Positions 44,124-53,765 of a stretch of DNA of 64,000 nt are shown here, one piece after another; position 1 is the stretch's first letter, and every line of letters starts with the position of its first letter. The position numbers and the translations under genes were made by a program. The notes below the pieces were generated by a model that saw only the letters and a program-made list of their open reading frames with translations, was not told where the DNA came from and ran no database searches. Location of the stretch: NCBI GenBank assembly GCA_965222375.1, contig CBDCTZ010000008.1, positions 192,001 through 256,000 on the forward strand, in the 5' to 3' direction. This DNA comes from Polyangiaceae bacterium. GTDB lineage: Bacteria > Myxococcota_A > Polyangia > Polyangiales > Polyangiaceae.

Positions 44124-44525
44124 TTAGCGTGCCTTCGCCCGCGAAGCGGCCTTTTTCTTCCCAGCCTTCTTCTTCTTGGCGGTCTTTTTGGCGGCCTTCG
44201 CGAGCGTGCCGCTGCGAAGCGAGTCACCGGAGCGACGCTTCTTGGATTGCGCCGCACCCTTGATACCGCGGATCTGCCGTTCCAACTTTCCGATCACCTT
44301 GTCGATCGAGACGTACATGTCTTCGGAGGCTTCTTTGGCCTCCAGGTGTGAACCACCACTGGATACGCGGGTCTCAGCGACGTGCTTTAGCTTGTCCAGG
44401 GAGAGCGTGACCTTTGCGGACATCGGCTGCCTGAGAAACTTCTGTAGCTTCGCTACTTTTTCACGAGCGTAGGATTTGACAGATTCACTGGCGTCCATGT
44501 GACGGAACGTGATGCTGATGTTCAC
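44124..44525 (-). CDS. hpf: Ribosome hibernation factor HPF/RaiA with Lys/Ala-rich tail
   Basis: ISITFRHMD, DMYVSID...KLERQI; downstream of rpoN. Confidence 0.92.
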   Translation of the reverse strand: MNISITFRHMDASESVKSYAREKVAKLQKFLRQPMSAKVTLSLDKLKHVAETRVSSGGSHLEAKEASEDMYVSIDKVIGKLERQIRGIKGAAQSKKRRSGDSLRSGTLAKAAKKTAKKKKAGKKKAASRAKAR

Positions 44526-44593
44526 GAGCTTCTCCTGAGATTGATATCCATTGCCCTGACGTCAGAGGCCCGACCTTTTCACGCGGCACCGGA

Positions 44594-46081
44594 TCAAAAC
44601 AACCGTTTGCGTTTCGAGGATGCGAGAATCCCTAGCATTTCGCGGTATTTCGCCACGGTTCGCCGGGCTATCTTGATGCCTTCGTTCTTCTCCAGAATCT
44701 CCACGATGGCCTGATCCGAAAGAGGACTCTGCTTGTCCTCCTCCTCGATGATCTTCTTGATGGCCTGTTTCACGCTCTCACTGGCGATGTCCTCTTCGCC
44801 AACGCGGCGGATGCTCGAATTGAAGAAGTACTTCAGCTCGAAGAGGCCTTGGGGCGTGTGCATGTACTTGTTCGTCGTCACACGACTGATGGTGGACTCG
44901 TGCATGCCGACGGCTTCAGCGATGTCCCGCAAGATCATCGGCTTGAGATGAGCAACTCCCCGCTCGAAAAAATCCCGCTGCTTTTCGACGATACACTCGG
45001 AGACCTTGATGATGGTCTTGCGACGCTGCTCGATGGCACGAATCAGCCATTGAGCATTTCTCAGTTTCTCGCCGATGAACTCCTTGGCGTTCGGATCTTT
45101 CATCAACTTCTTGGTTAGATTCTCGTTGATGTAGAGCCGTTGGACTCCGCGGTCGTTGTCCATCACGACGAACTCGTCGCCGTCCTTGATCACGTACACG
45201 TCGGGAGTGATCCCGATGCTGCGGTCGTCGGTCTCGGTGAAGTTCCGGGCCGGGCGGCTTTCGAGCTTCTGTATCTCTTTTGCCGCCTCGTACACCTCTT
45301 CGATGGGGAGCTTCATTTCCCGAGCTATCGCCTGGTAGTTGTGCTTTTCCAGGTGATGCATGTGGTGCTCGATGATCTCGATTTCCGAGTCTTCGTAGCC
45401 ATAGGTCTTGGCCTGAATCAGCAGACACTCCTGCAGGTCCCGGGCGGCAACTCCCAGAGGATCGAAGTTCTGGATCATTTCGAGCACCAGGGGCGTGTCG
45501 TCCGGATGCAGGCCCGCCTCGGCCCCCAGATCTTCGATGGTGAGATCCGGCGTTCTCGAGCCATCGTCCCGCTCAACGCCCTTCAGGTCCAGGTAGCCGT
45601 TTTCGTCTAGATTTCCGATGACCAACTCCGCAAAGCGGCGCTCCACATCCGTGAAATCGCTGAGCTGAAGTTGCCACAGCAAGTGATCTCGCAGCCCTCG
45701 GGGTTTGGTGAGGTTCTGTTCGATGGGGGGCAAGTCGTCGAAACCACCGCGATTCGATGGCATCGGCTGCTGCAGGGTCCGGTTTTCGAGAAACTTCTCC
45801 CAGTCGACCTCCCGCGCGGCCTTCTCGGACTCCCGAGCGTCATCCGCTCGATCGCCTTGAGGAAAATCCCGTTCCTCCGCCGTGGCTGCCCGCGCGTTGG
45901 CCTCCCGATCTCGCGGCCGGGAGTCCACCTCGTCTTCGCTGAGCACCGGGTTGTTGTCGAGCTCCTTGCGGACTTCGTCGATGAGCTCTAGGCGCGAAAG
46001 CTGCAGCAGTCGGATCGCCTGCTGCAGCTGTGGGGTCATCACGAGCTGCTGTGAGAGGCGTAGTTGCTGCTTGATTTCCAT
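44594..46081 (-). CDS. rpoN: RNA polymerase sigma-54 factor
   Basis: MTPQLQQAIRLLQL, HESTISR, ARRTVAKYRE RpoN box; start moved to ATG 46081. Confidence 0.97.
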   Translation of the reverse strand: MEIKQQLRLSQQLVMTPQLQQAIRLLQLSRLELIDEVRKELDNNPVLSEDEVDSRPRDREANARAATAEERDFPQGDRADDARESEKAAREVDWEKFLENRTLQQPMPSNRGGFDDLPPIEQNLTKPRGLRDHLLWQLQLSDFTDVERRFAELVIGNLDENGYLDLKGVERDDGSRTPDLTIEDLGAEAGLHPDDTPLVLEMIQNFDPLGVAARDLQECLLIQAKTYGYEDSEIEIIEHHMHHLEKHNYQAIAREMKLPIEEVYEAAKEIQKLESRPARNFTETDDRSIGITPDVYVIKDGDEFVVMDNDRGVQRLYINENLTKKLMKDPNAKEFIGEKLRNAQWLIRAIEQRRKTIIKVSECIVEKQRDFFERGVAHLKPMILRDIAEAVGMHESTISRVTTNKYMHTPQGLFELKYFFNSSIRRVGEEDIASESVKQAIKKIIEEEDKQSPLSDQAIVEILEKNEGIKIARRTVAKYREMLGILASSKRKRLF

Positions 46082-46204
46082 TGTGATTCCGCTGCTTCGT
46101 CGAATCGTCTGAGCCGACCCTGGTGAGTCTATCACCCCAAGAGCAAGAAGTGAGCCCAAGTCGTAGCGCGAAGAAAGTGCACGGGTTTTAGGCAGGTTCG
46201 AACG

Positions 46205-46903
46205 TCAGCCCAGGTAGCGATTCCGGACCTCGGGGTGGTCCTCGAAGGCTTCCGGGCTTTCCCAGACGCGGATACTTCCATCCAAGAGCAGCCCGGCGCG
46301 GTCCGAGAAGGCGAGAGCCTCCCGAACCCGATGATCTGCCACCAACACCCCGGCCCCATCCTCGGCGGCTTTGCGTACGACCTGACCAATCTTGGCGGCT
46401 CCCCCCGGGTCCACCCCTGCCAGCGGCTCGTCCAAAAGCAGCAGCCGGGGCTTCGGGATCAACACCCGGAGCAGCTCGAGCCGGCGGCGCTCTCCCCCCG
46501 AGAGATCCCGCGCTCGCCGCGGCGCGTAGCTGTCGTCCAAGCCGACCGCTTCGAGTCGCTCCGCCAAGCCCTGCTTCGCCGCGCCGCTGATGCGCTCGAA
46601 GGTGGCCACGTTGTCCGCCACGCTCAGATCGAACAACACACTGGGCGTCTGCGGCACGTAGCCAAGGCCCGCCCGCGCGCGGCGCCACAGCGGCTCCTTG
46701 GAAATGTCCTGCCCCTGCAGCGTGACCACGCCAGATTGGGCGGACAATTCCCCCGAGAGCACGCGAAACAGCGTCGACTTACCCGCACCACTTGGTCCCA
46801 GCAGCGCCACGACCTCACCCGCAGCCACCTCGACGTCCACGCCATCCAACACGCGCACGTCTCCGTAACTCAGACACACGCCTTGGGCGGATAGGACGGC
46901 CAC
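46205..46903 (-). CDS. lptB: LptB-like ABC ATPase
   Basis: GPSGAGKST, LSGGERRRLE, LDEPLAGVDP, DHRVRE, terminal YLG; between lptA and rpoN. Confidence 0.85.
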   Translation of the reverse strand: MAVLSAQGVCLSYGDVRVLDGVDVEVAAGEVVALLGPSGAGKSTLFRVLSGELSAQSGVVTLQGQDISKEPLWRRARAGLGYVPQTPSVLFDLSVADNVATFERISGAAKQGLAERLEAVGLDDSYAPRRARDLSGGERRRLELLRVLIPKPRLLLLDEPLAGVDPGGAAKIGQVVRKAAEDGAGVLVADHRVREALAFSDRAGLLLDGSIRVWESPEAFEDHPEVRNRYLG

Positions 46904-46931
46904 GCGGCCACCGTATCAGAAAGCGCAGGAC

Positions 46932-47438
46932 TCAGCGCTTGGGCGGCTGGACCGGAATCGAGCCTTTGACTTGGTGCAAGGTCACCTTGCGTGTGGCCAG
47001 GTCGATGTGTGCCTTGGCGGCTTTGACCCAACCCTTGCCGCGAGACAGTCGCACCGCACCGCGCAGGGTGACGCGCCGCTTGGCGACGTCCAACTCGACG
47101 CTCTGGGCCGTTGCTTCGATCCCCTTCAGCTTGGCCCGCACGCCTCCGCTACCGCGCGCCCACTTGACCCGGGGTGCTTCGTCGTAGCGGATCTCGACTT
47201 TGGGGCTGAGCACCTCCAGCTCACCCATCACCGCACGAACGTTGCCCTCGAGAGCGGCGGTGCCTGCGGACACGTCGACCTCGAGTCGATCCGCGGAGAT
47301 ATCTAGAGATTCTCCCTCGACCACGGCGAGGGGTTGGGCCTGGGCGCTGCGCGGCGCGCTCACCCCCGAGGACGCCAAGGCCACGAAACTGGCGAAAACC
47401 AGGGTCAGAAGCGATCGACGGGAGGAAGAAAACACCAT
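46932..47438 (-). CDS. lptA: LptA/OstA-family periplasmic protein
   Basis: Signal peptide; ISADRLEVD...GNVRA...VTLRGAVRLSRG beta-jellyroll pattern. Confidence 0.8.
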   Translation of the reverse strand: MVFSSSRRSLLTLVFASFVALASSGVSAPRSAQAQPLAVVEGESLDISADRLEVDVSAGTAALEGNVRAVMGELEVLSPKVEIRYDEAPRVKWARGSGGVRAKLKGIEATAQSVELDVAKRRVTLRGAVRLSRGKGWVKAAKAHIDLATRKVTLHQVKGSIPVQPPKR

Positions 47439-47474
47439 GACAAGCCTAGCACTTGGACGGAAAAGGACACGTTT

Positions 47475-49955
47475 TCATTCACTTGCGCCCGGGGTTTTGG
47501 CGACCCCCATGACAGCTGTCAAGGCCTGCAGTCGCAGCACCCACTCGGGTCGCTGAAGGTCGGGCGCGTCTCGCCCTCTTCCCAATTCTCCCACGACGTC
47601 GACGCATACGGTCGCCAGCCGACTTGCAGTGCGCGCTCCGTCGTCACCCGCGAGTTCTGGACCGAGGGCACGCAAGGCCGCTCCGACGCCCGCACGCAGC
47701 TCCGCCCGGGGCCCGTCAGCGATGTCCGCGGCCTGTGCAAGCGACAGCAGCTCCTCCACGATGACGTCGCACAGCAGTCGCCGCGCTCGGCTGCCCAGAA
47801 AGCGATCCGCTGCCGCATCCACGGGCGCGCCTTGCACCGGTCGAGCAATCTCCTTCAGCTCGACAAGTCGCTCCTCCACACGGCGAGTCAAGGCCATGAC
47901 CCACGGTCGGGGTGCCAAGGCGGCCTGCTGCGCCATGGCCTGCAGCGCGTTGTCCTGGGCACGTCGCAGCTGCATCGCTTCGAGGATGTCTCTCTGACGT
48001 CTCTCGGCAACCGCCACCAGGGCAGCGACGGCGCGGCGGTAACGGACCCTCAGCACGCGATCCTTGAGCTCGCGGCCCCGCAGGCCCAGCAACTCCTCGA
48101 GCCGAGCGCTGACCTGCTCGAAGCCCGACCGAGCGTAGGCATCCGAATCTTCGCTGTCCGGGCTCGCGAGCAGTGCCGAAAGCGCCAGAGCCGCCCCCTC
48201 GGTGGGGAGCTTCGCATCCCGCAGCCCCGCATCCACGTGGGCCAACGCTTCTTCCAACTCGGCTTGGGACAGCCGATCGGCCTTGTTGAGCAGCACGACG
48301 ATGGGCACGCCAGACGCCGCGATGTCCTCCAGCCGCTCGCGCTCACTGGCCTTGAGAGCCTGAGAGGCATCGAGCAGCCACAACGCCACGTGCGCTTCAT
48401 CCAGCGCCTTTCGCGCGGCGCGGGCGTGATGCCCATCCGGGGCGTTGAAGCCCGGGGTATCCACCAGCTCGACGCGCTTGAGCAGCTCCAAGGGGGCGCG
48501 CAGCAGGACCTCGCCCACAGCGTCGGCGGGGATCTGACCAAGCGTTGCTTTCAAGTCCGAAAACGCCACCACCCGCGCGGGCTCACCGTCCAGCCGCTCG
48601 ATCCGAGCGATTCGATCCGGAGACCAAACCAATCGATGCAAGGTTGCCGTGGTCGGCAATACACCAGTTGCAGCCACGGACTCGCCCAGCAGCGCATTGA
48701 CGAAACTGGACTTCCCCGCGTTGAACTCGCCGACCACGGCGACCCTCAGGGGCCCTTCGAGTTCCCGGCCGATAGCCGCCAGAGCGCGGGTGACTTCGAG
48801 GGCGGCGAGATCTTCGGCCAGATCTGCGCAACAGGGCAATGCCTCACCCCAGACTGCGCGGCCTTCTCGAGCAAACCATTCAGCGACCACGGCTTGGCGC
48901 AGCTCCGCGGCCCAGGCGGTATCGAGTCCCGCCAAGCTATCCAGGCGAGCGGCGCCATCTCGCGACAGTGCGTCTGCGAGGACGGTGGTTTCTGAATCCA
49001 ATTCGACGCCGAGGCGCTCACTCGCGGAGGCAACCGCCCGCAGGCCCCGAGGATCCCGCGCCGCGACAGCCGCCGCAGCCAGGCCACTCAAGGTCTGTGG
49101 GTCGGAGGTGCTCTCGGCCAGCTGCAGCAGTTGTTCGCTAGCGTCGTCGTCGTCAGCGGATAGAGCGAAAGCGAGCTGCCACCCGGGCTTGGTGTCCCGG
49201 TCCAGATCTCGCGCCAGCTCACGCCACTTTCCTTGGCTCGCAGCGTTCTGATGAGGCAGGCGCCGCTGCGCCAACTCATCCGCCCCGGGCGCATCCAGCA
49301 GCACCGCGCGGCGCAGCGCCTGGTCCGCCTCGGGATCATCCGGGTCGAGGAGCTGGGCACGCAGCAGCCAACCCGGACCGTCCCCGGTGGCAGGCAAGCC
49401 GAGGTCTTTGGCGAGATTGCGAGCCGTGGACCGGTCGCCCACAGCCAGCCGCGCGCGGACCCGACGCAACGTGACTTCCGGCCCGACGGCACGCGCAACC
49501 GAAAGCTGATCCAGCCAACGCTCGGCACGCTCGCCGTCTCCGGTCGCCAGATCCATGTCGGAGAGTTGAAGCCTCGCCGCGTCCGCCGCGGCCGCCGGGT
49601 CACCGCACTCGACGGCTTGCACCAAGCTCTGTCGAGGGTCGAGCCCGGACTGTGTCTCCAGGTTGGCGCGGCTGAGCCAAATGTCGCCCCGATAAGGCAG
49701 CACCTCGGATAGCTCGCGGGCGGCGTCGAGAGCCTCGTCCCTCAAGTGCATTTCCGTGGCAGCGTCCGCGTGAAGGGCGAGCACCAGGGGTGAATGCGGC
49801 AGCACATTGCGCAGTGCCCGCGCCAGATGCAGCGCTTCTGGTGCGTTGCCCTCCGCCAGCGCTCGCTTGGCCGACCGAAACCGCCCTTCCTGACCCCGCG
49901 CGACGAGTTCCGCACGAGAGAGCCAGTCGCTCAGGGCCTCGACCAACGCAGGCAT
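47475..49955 (-). CDS. Dynamin-family GTPase with N-terminal TPR-like region
   Basis: G1 GEFNAGKS, G2 PTT, G3 DTPG, G4 NKAD; about 400 aa helical-repeat N-terminus; start moved to ATG 49955. Confidence 0.82.
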   Translation of the reverse strand: MPALVEALSDWLSRAELVARGQEGRFRSAKRALAEGNAPEALHLARALRNVLPHSPLVLALHADAATEMHLRDEALDAARELSEVLPYRGDIWLSRANLETQSGLDPRQSLVQAVECGDPAAAADAARLQLSDMDLATGDGERAERWLDQLSVARAVGPEVTLRRVRARLAVGDRSTARNLAKDLGLPATGDGPGWLLRAQLLDPDDPEADQALRRAVLLDAPGADELAQRRLPHQNAASQGKWRELARDLDRDTKPGWQLAFALSADDDDASEQLLQLAESTSDPQTLSGLAAAAVAARDPRGLRAVASASERLGVELDSETTVLADALSRDGAARLDSLAGLDTAWAAELRQAVVAEWFAREGRAVWGEALPCCADLAEDLAALEVTRALAAIGRELEGPLRVAVVGEFNAGKSSFVNALLGESVAATGVLPTTATLHRLVWSPDRIARIERLDGEPARVVAFSDLKATLGQIPADAVGEVLLRAPLELLKRVELVDTPGFNAPDGHHARAARKALDEAHVALWLLDASQALKASERERLEDIAASGVPIVVLLNKADRLSQAELEEALAHVDAGLRDAKLPTEGAALALSALLASPDSEDSDAYARSGFEQVSARLEELLGLRGRELKDRVLRVRYRRAVAALVAVAERRQRDILEAMQLRRAQDNALQAMAQQAALAPRPWVMALTRRVEERLVELKEIARPVQGAPVDAAADRFLGSRARRLLCDVIVEELLSLAQAADIADGPRAELRAGVGAALRALGPELAGDDGARTASRLATVCVDVVGELGRGRDAPDLQRPEWVLRLQALTAVMGVAKTPGASE

Positions 49956-49971
49956 GAGCGGGACGCTAGTC

Positions 49972-51438
49972 TCACTTTGGCTCGGCGTCTCGGCGCAACA
50001 CGACGTAGGACTGGCTCGTGCCGCCCAGGGGCACGAGCCCCACGCTTCGAAAGCCCAACTCCGCGAGCTGGCTGAGCAGCCGCGCCTCCACAGCGCGACT
50101 GGCCATTTCGACGGCTGGGCGTTCGCCCACGGCTGGCCTTCGGCCGGGCGGCGCCAACACGACGGCGGCGTCCACCCCTCGGCGCCGAGCAAAGTCTTTC
50201 GGGATCCGCTTCGAGGTGTGGCCTCCAGCCAAGTAGGCCACCTCCGGGTCCGTCACCCCAGCCAGGTCGACAACGGGCGCCTGCGTCGCCAGTCCGACCC
50301 AGCCGACGTCCAAACTGACGATCGTGCCCGCACCGTCGAGGAGCGGGGCGGCGCCATCCACCAACTCGAGCCGGCGGCTCTCGACGGCGCGCGCATCTTG
50401 GAAATGCACCACCGCCGGCAGTGACAGACAAGCGACCCCGACTGCCACCGCACCCAGCCCTCGCCGGCGTCCGCAGTGCTCCAAACTCTCCGCAGCGAGC
50501 AGCAGCGCGACGGGAAGCACGGGGCACCACAGTCGATACAAGGGCATCCAGTCGCCGCCTGCGAGACTGAGCGCCGCCAGATGTGCGCTCAGCGCAACGA
50601 CGCGCGTTCGCCCCAACGCAGAAAGACGACTGTAGCGCAGCGAGCCCATGACCAAAGGGAGCGCTCCGGTAAAGACGCCGCCTCCGATGGCGTAGCGCAG
50701 TCCGTGCTCCAGATCCGAGGGCTTGGCCACGAACGCCAGGGGCGTGCTGACACCAAAGTGCTGCAGGCGCAGCGCGATCATGCCGACCGTCGGCAATAGG
50801 CAGACGCCCGCTCGTATCAGCGCGCCGCGGACCCCGCTGCCGCTCGCCCAGCCCGCACCCACCGCGCCCACGAGAGCAAAGGGCAATAGCTCGGGTCGCC
50901 ACGCCGCCGCGCAGCCGAGCAGCGCGGCCTGCCCTACGCGCGCGCCGCAGCCCGCCACGACCGCCAACATGATCAGCGCGGTCTCCATTCCGGACACGGC
51001 CCACGCCGGGATCCCAATGCTCGCGCAGAGCCAAACCAACACCCAAAACCGAGCCCTCGACTTGCCCGCGTAGCCGATTCGGATCCCCAACAGCACGCCC
51101 ACGCCGATCAACGCAGCCGCCCCCAAGAGCCTCGCAACCCGAAACGCACCCAGGGGCCCCGCGCCGCCAAGGGCCGCGACCAGATGCGCGAATCCCAGCG
51201 GCGTCACGGCATCCACGACGGGACCGTCGGGATTGAAGCGGTGCCCGCGGCCCTCAGCCAGATTGTCGGCCACTCGAGCGATGATCCAGGCGTCATCGAC
51301 ACAGAACCCCCACAGGCTCAGCACACCGATCACAGCGACAGCGCCCCCAAGCAGTCCCCCGACGCTGGCGGCGCGGCGCCTAGCCACCTTTTCGCTGGCT
51401 GTCCACTCCTCGGCAATCCAGCCTGAAAAGTTCTGCAT
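49972..51438 (-). CDS. Polytopic membrane protein, GT-C glycosyltransferase-like
   Basis: DDAWII.R...N...G.G..FN after TM1; SGMET; RPE; GGDWMP..R; VVDLAGVTD. Confidence 0.72.
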   Translation of the reverse strand: MQNFSGWIAEEWTASEKVARRRAASVGGLLGGAVAVIGVLSLWGFCVDDAWIIARVADNLAEGRGHRFNPDGPVVDAVTPLGFAHLVAALGGAGPLGAFRVARLLGAAALIGVGVLLGIRIGYAGKSRARFWVLVWLCASIGIPAWAVSGMETALIMLAVVAGCGARVGQAALLGCAAAWRPELLPFALVGAVGAGWASGSGVRGALIRAGVCLLPTVGMIALRLQHFGVSTPLAFVAKPSDLEHGLRYAIGGGVFTGALPLVMGSLRYSRLSALGRTRVVALSAHLAALSLAGGDWMPLYRLWCPVLPVALLLAAESLEHCGRRRGLGAVAVGVACLSLPAVVHFQDARAVESRRLELVDGAAPLLDGAGTIVSLDVGWVGLATQAPVVDLAGVTDPEVAYLAGGHTSKRIPKDFARRRGVDAAVVLAPPGRRPAVGERPAVEMASRAVEARLLSQLAELGFRSVGLVPLGGTSQSYVVLRRDAEPK

Positions 51439-51472
51439 GTGAGCTCGGGCTTTCTACGATGCGTATCGTCGA

Positions 51473-53740
51473 ATGTCAGCGATTCACGTCGTCGTACGCC
51501 CCCGTGACCCCAGCCCCAGCGCCCCGAGCGATTCTCTGCTCGGGTGGCTCGATCTAGTCGTAGACGGGGTCAACTTGACCGCCCGTCTCGGCGAGGCCCA
51601 GACCCTGCCGCTCATTGCCGATCTGTCCCAGGCCGTCACTGCCCTGGATAGCGGCAAGAAGCAGCGGACCTGCCTGCAGGTGTACGGCGACGACGCAGTC
51701 TGGGAGATCGGGCTGGAAAACGATGGCGACGCCATCTTGCTCACCTTGTTCCGGAGCAGCCCCTCGCCGGAGGTGGCCGTCTTCGAACGCCGCTTGGAGC
51801 GCGCTCCCCTACGTGCGGCACTGACCAATACGGTCACCGAAGCTCTGGAGCGGCGACCGTCCGGCGACAGCGCTGGCGGGAGTTTGACTTTGGCGCGTCG
51901 CGCCTTGGCGGAACTTCCGTCCATGCCTGCGGAGGCTGCGCCGAGGGCCTCCTCGACCGTCGCACCTCGCTCGGTGGGTGGACTGCGACTGCGCGCCACC
52001 GCCGCGCTGCGCACAGCGACGGAAGAGCCCGGCAGCGATCCCGCCGTCGAACGCGCCGACCTGCATGCCTTGCTGGCCAAGGGAGACGTGGAGCTATCGA
52101 TCCGCTCTCGTCGAGTGCAACTCGGCGAGACCCACGTCTTCCTCCTCGCCGAACGCCTGCTCGCCCTGGCCGATGATGTGTTGGAAGCCACCCAGGGTGG
52201 CCGAGCCTGCTTTCGCCGCGTCGAACTGGGAAGCCTGAGGATCGGCGTGCAGCGTGGACCGGGCAACACGTCCCTGTCCCTCGTGGTCGGACCGCCCGGG
52301 AAGGACCGAGTGACTTTTCCCGAGGTCGACCCGCTGGCGTTCGCCAAGAGCGTTGCGCGTTTCACGCGATCTTTGTGCGACGCGATGACGGCGCGGGACA
52401 GTGCGGCACGCAACAACCTGCGCCTGACCTCGTGTCGCCACAGCGCTGTGCTGCTGGAGCGGGTCGCCGAGGAGCATGCCGACGGGGACGAGCCCGTCGA
52501 AAACCAGGAGCCCGAGAGCTACCGCAGCTTCGCCACGCCGCGACGCAGCGAATCCACGGGTCGCTGGTCGCACGGAGGCAAGATGCGCTTCGTGCCGCGC
52601 TGGGTGGCCACGGTGCCGAGCATCGATCTGCGTGCGACCTACTTGTGCGGTGACCGCTTGATCGTCGGCTCGGAACGCGAGACCGCGTGCATCCACCGGA
52701 CCACCGGCGCGCTGCTCTGGCGCATCCCCTCACCCCGGGCTGCCAGCGTCGCCACCCCCGCGGGCCTCGCCCGTCTGTATGCCGACGGCCGCGTTGCTCT
52801 GCACGACTTGGCCACGGGTGCGGTGCGCTTCGAGAGTCGCGTGGCGCCCCGCGCGGGCGGCGGAGCCACCGGCGCAGTCGTGCACAGCGCGGGGCTGCCC
52901 AAGCTGCTCGTGCTGACCGAAGGCGATCGCCGCATCACCGCATTGGATCTGGTCGGCGGGGACATTCGATGGCGCTACACCGCACGCCGGGCCGGCGCCT
53001 ACCGCGTGCGCCGGGCGGGTCGGTTGCTCCTAGTCAGCGGCGGCGACCGCAGCCTGACGGCGCTCGAAGTCGGCAGCGGTGAGGTCGTGTGGCGCTTGCG
53101 CTCCGAGGCGCCTCTGTCCGCGGAACTCACCGTGGACCATGACTGCGCTTTCGCGCTGTCCGGAGACGGCGAGGGCGCCATGTTGCTCAGCGTCGATCCC
53201 TGGACGGGCGCCATTCGCTGGCGTGCCGAAATCGAGGAGTGCCTGGCTCCTGGACAACGAGTCATCGTGACCCGAGACGCCATTGTCGTTCCCCTGCGCG
53301 ATCGGCGCGGGAGCGGGCTCGCGGGCTACTGCCGACAGACCGGCGCGAAGCTTTGGCAGCACGAGCCCGGACTCGCGGCCCCCACGGTGGCCTGGCTCGG
53401 GGTGGATTCGGTCGTGATCGGCAACAGCGCAGCCGGCACCCTGCTCTGCATCGGCGGCAGCGACGGCCGGGTTCGCTTCAGCCATGCCTTCCCTCGCCAC
53501 GTCGATGCGGACCAACCGCGACGGCTCGAGCCGGTGTTGCGCAGCGGCGCGCTGTTCGTGCCCCAACAACAGGTGCATGTGGTTCGGCCCCGGGATGGTG
53601 AAACCCTGGGCGTCCTGCCAACGGATCTGATTCCAGATCTTCTCCGCGTCGACGAGCGCTGCGACGTCTACGTGGCCGAAGAGAGCGGCCACGTGGCCGC
53701 TTTCGGTGCCGCCGCCCGCCTGACCCTGGTCAAGGGCTAG
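51473..53740 (+). CDS. PQQ-like beta-propeller repeat protein with unknown N-terminal domains
   Basis: Repeated xGxxxW motifs (TGALLW, GGDIRW, SGEVVW, TGAIRW, TGAKLW); no signal peptide. Confidence 0.8.
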   Translation: MSAIHVVVRPRDPSPSAPSDSLLGWLDLVVDGVNLTARLGEAQTLPLIADLSQAVTALDSGKKQRTCLQVYGDDAVWEIGLENDGDAILLTLFRSSPSPEVAVFERRLERAPLRAALTNTVTEALERRPSGDSAGGSLTLARRALAELPSMPAEAAPRASSTVAPRSVGGLRLRATAALRTATEEPGSDPAVERADLHALLAKGDVELSIRSRRVQLGETHVFLLAERLLALADDVLEATQGGRACFRRVELGSLRIGVQRGPGNTSLSLVVGPPGKDRVTFPEVDPLAFAKSVARFTRSLCDAMTARDSAARNNLRLTSCRHSAVLLERVAEEHADGDEPVENQEPESYRSFATPRRSESTGRWSHGGKMRFVPRWVATVPSIDLRATYLCGDRLIVGSERETACIHRTTGALLWRIPSPRAASVATPAGLARLYADGRVALHDLATGAVRFESRVAPRAGGGATGAVVHSAGLPKLLVLTEGDRRITALDLVGGDIRWRYTARRAGAYRVRRAGRLLLVSGGDRSLTALEVGSGEVVWRLRSEAPLSAELTVDHDCAFALSGDGEGAMLLSVDPWTGAIRWRAEIEECLAPGQRVIVTRDAIVVPLRDRRGSGLAGYCRQTGAKLWQHEPGLAAPTVAWLGVDSVVIGNSAAGTLLCIGGSDGRVRFSHAFPRHVDADQPRRLEPVLRSGALFVPQQQVHVVRPRDGETLGVLPTDLIPDLLRVDERCDVYVAEESGHVAAFGAAARLTLVKG

Positions 53741-53765
53741 CTTATATGCACTATGCATATAAGCT
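53739..53765. repeat. Perfect AT-rich palindrome
   Basis: AGCTTATATGCA-CTA-TGCATATAAGCT. Confidence 0.9.

Noticed and set aside
49956..50192. N-terminal extension of the dynamin-like ORF
   Set aside because: Overlaps the upstream membrane-protein gene; ATG 49955 fits the operon spacing
53739..53765. Canonical XerCD dif site
   Set aside because: Lacks the TTATGTTAAA XerD arm and the 11-6-11 layout; kept only as an unexplained palindrome
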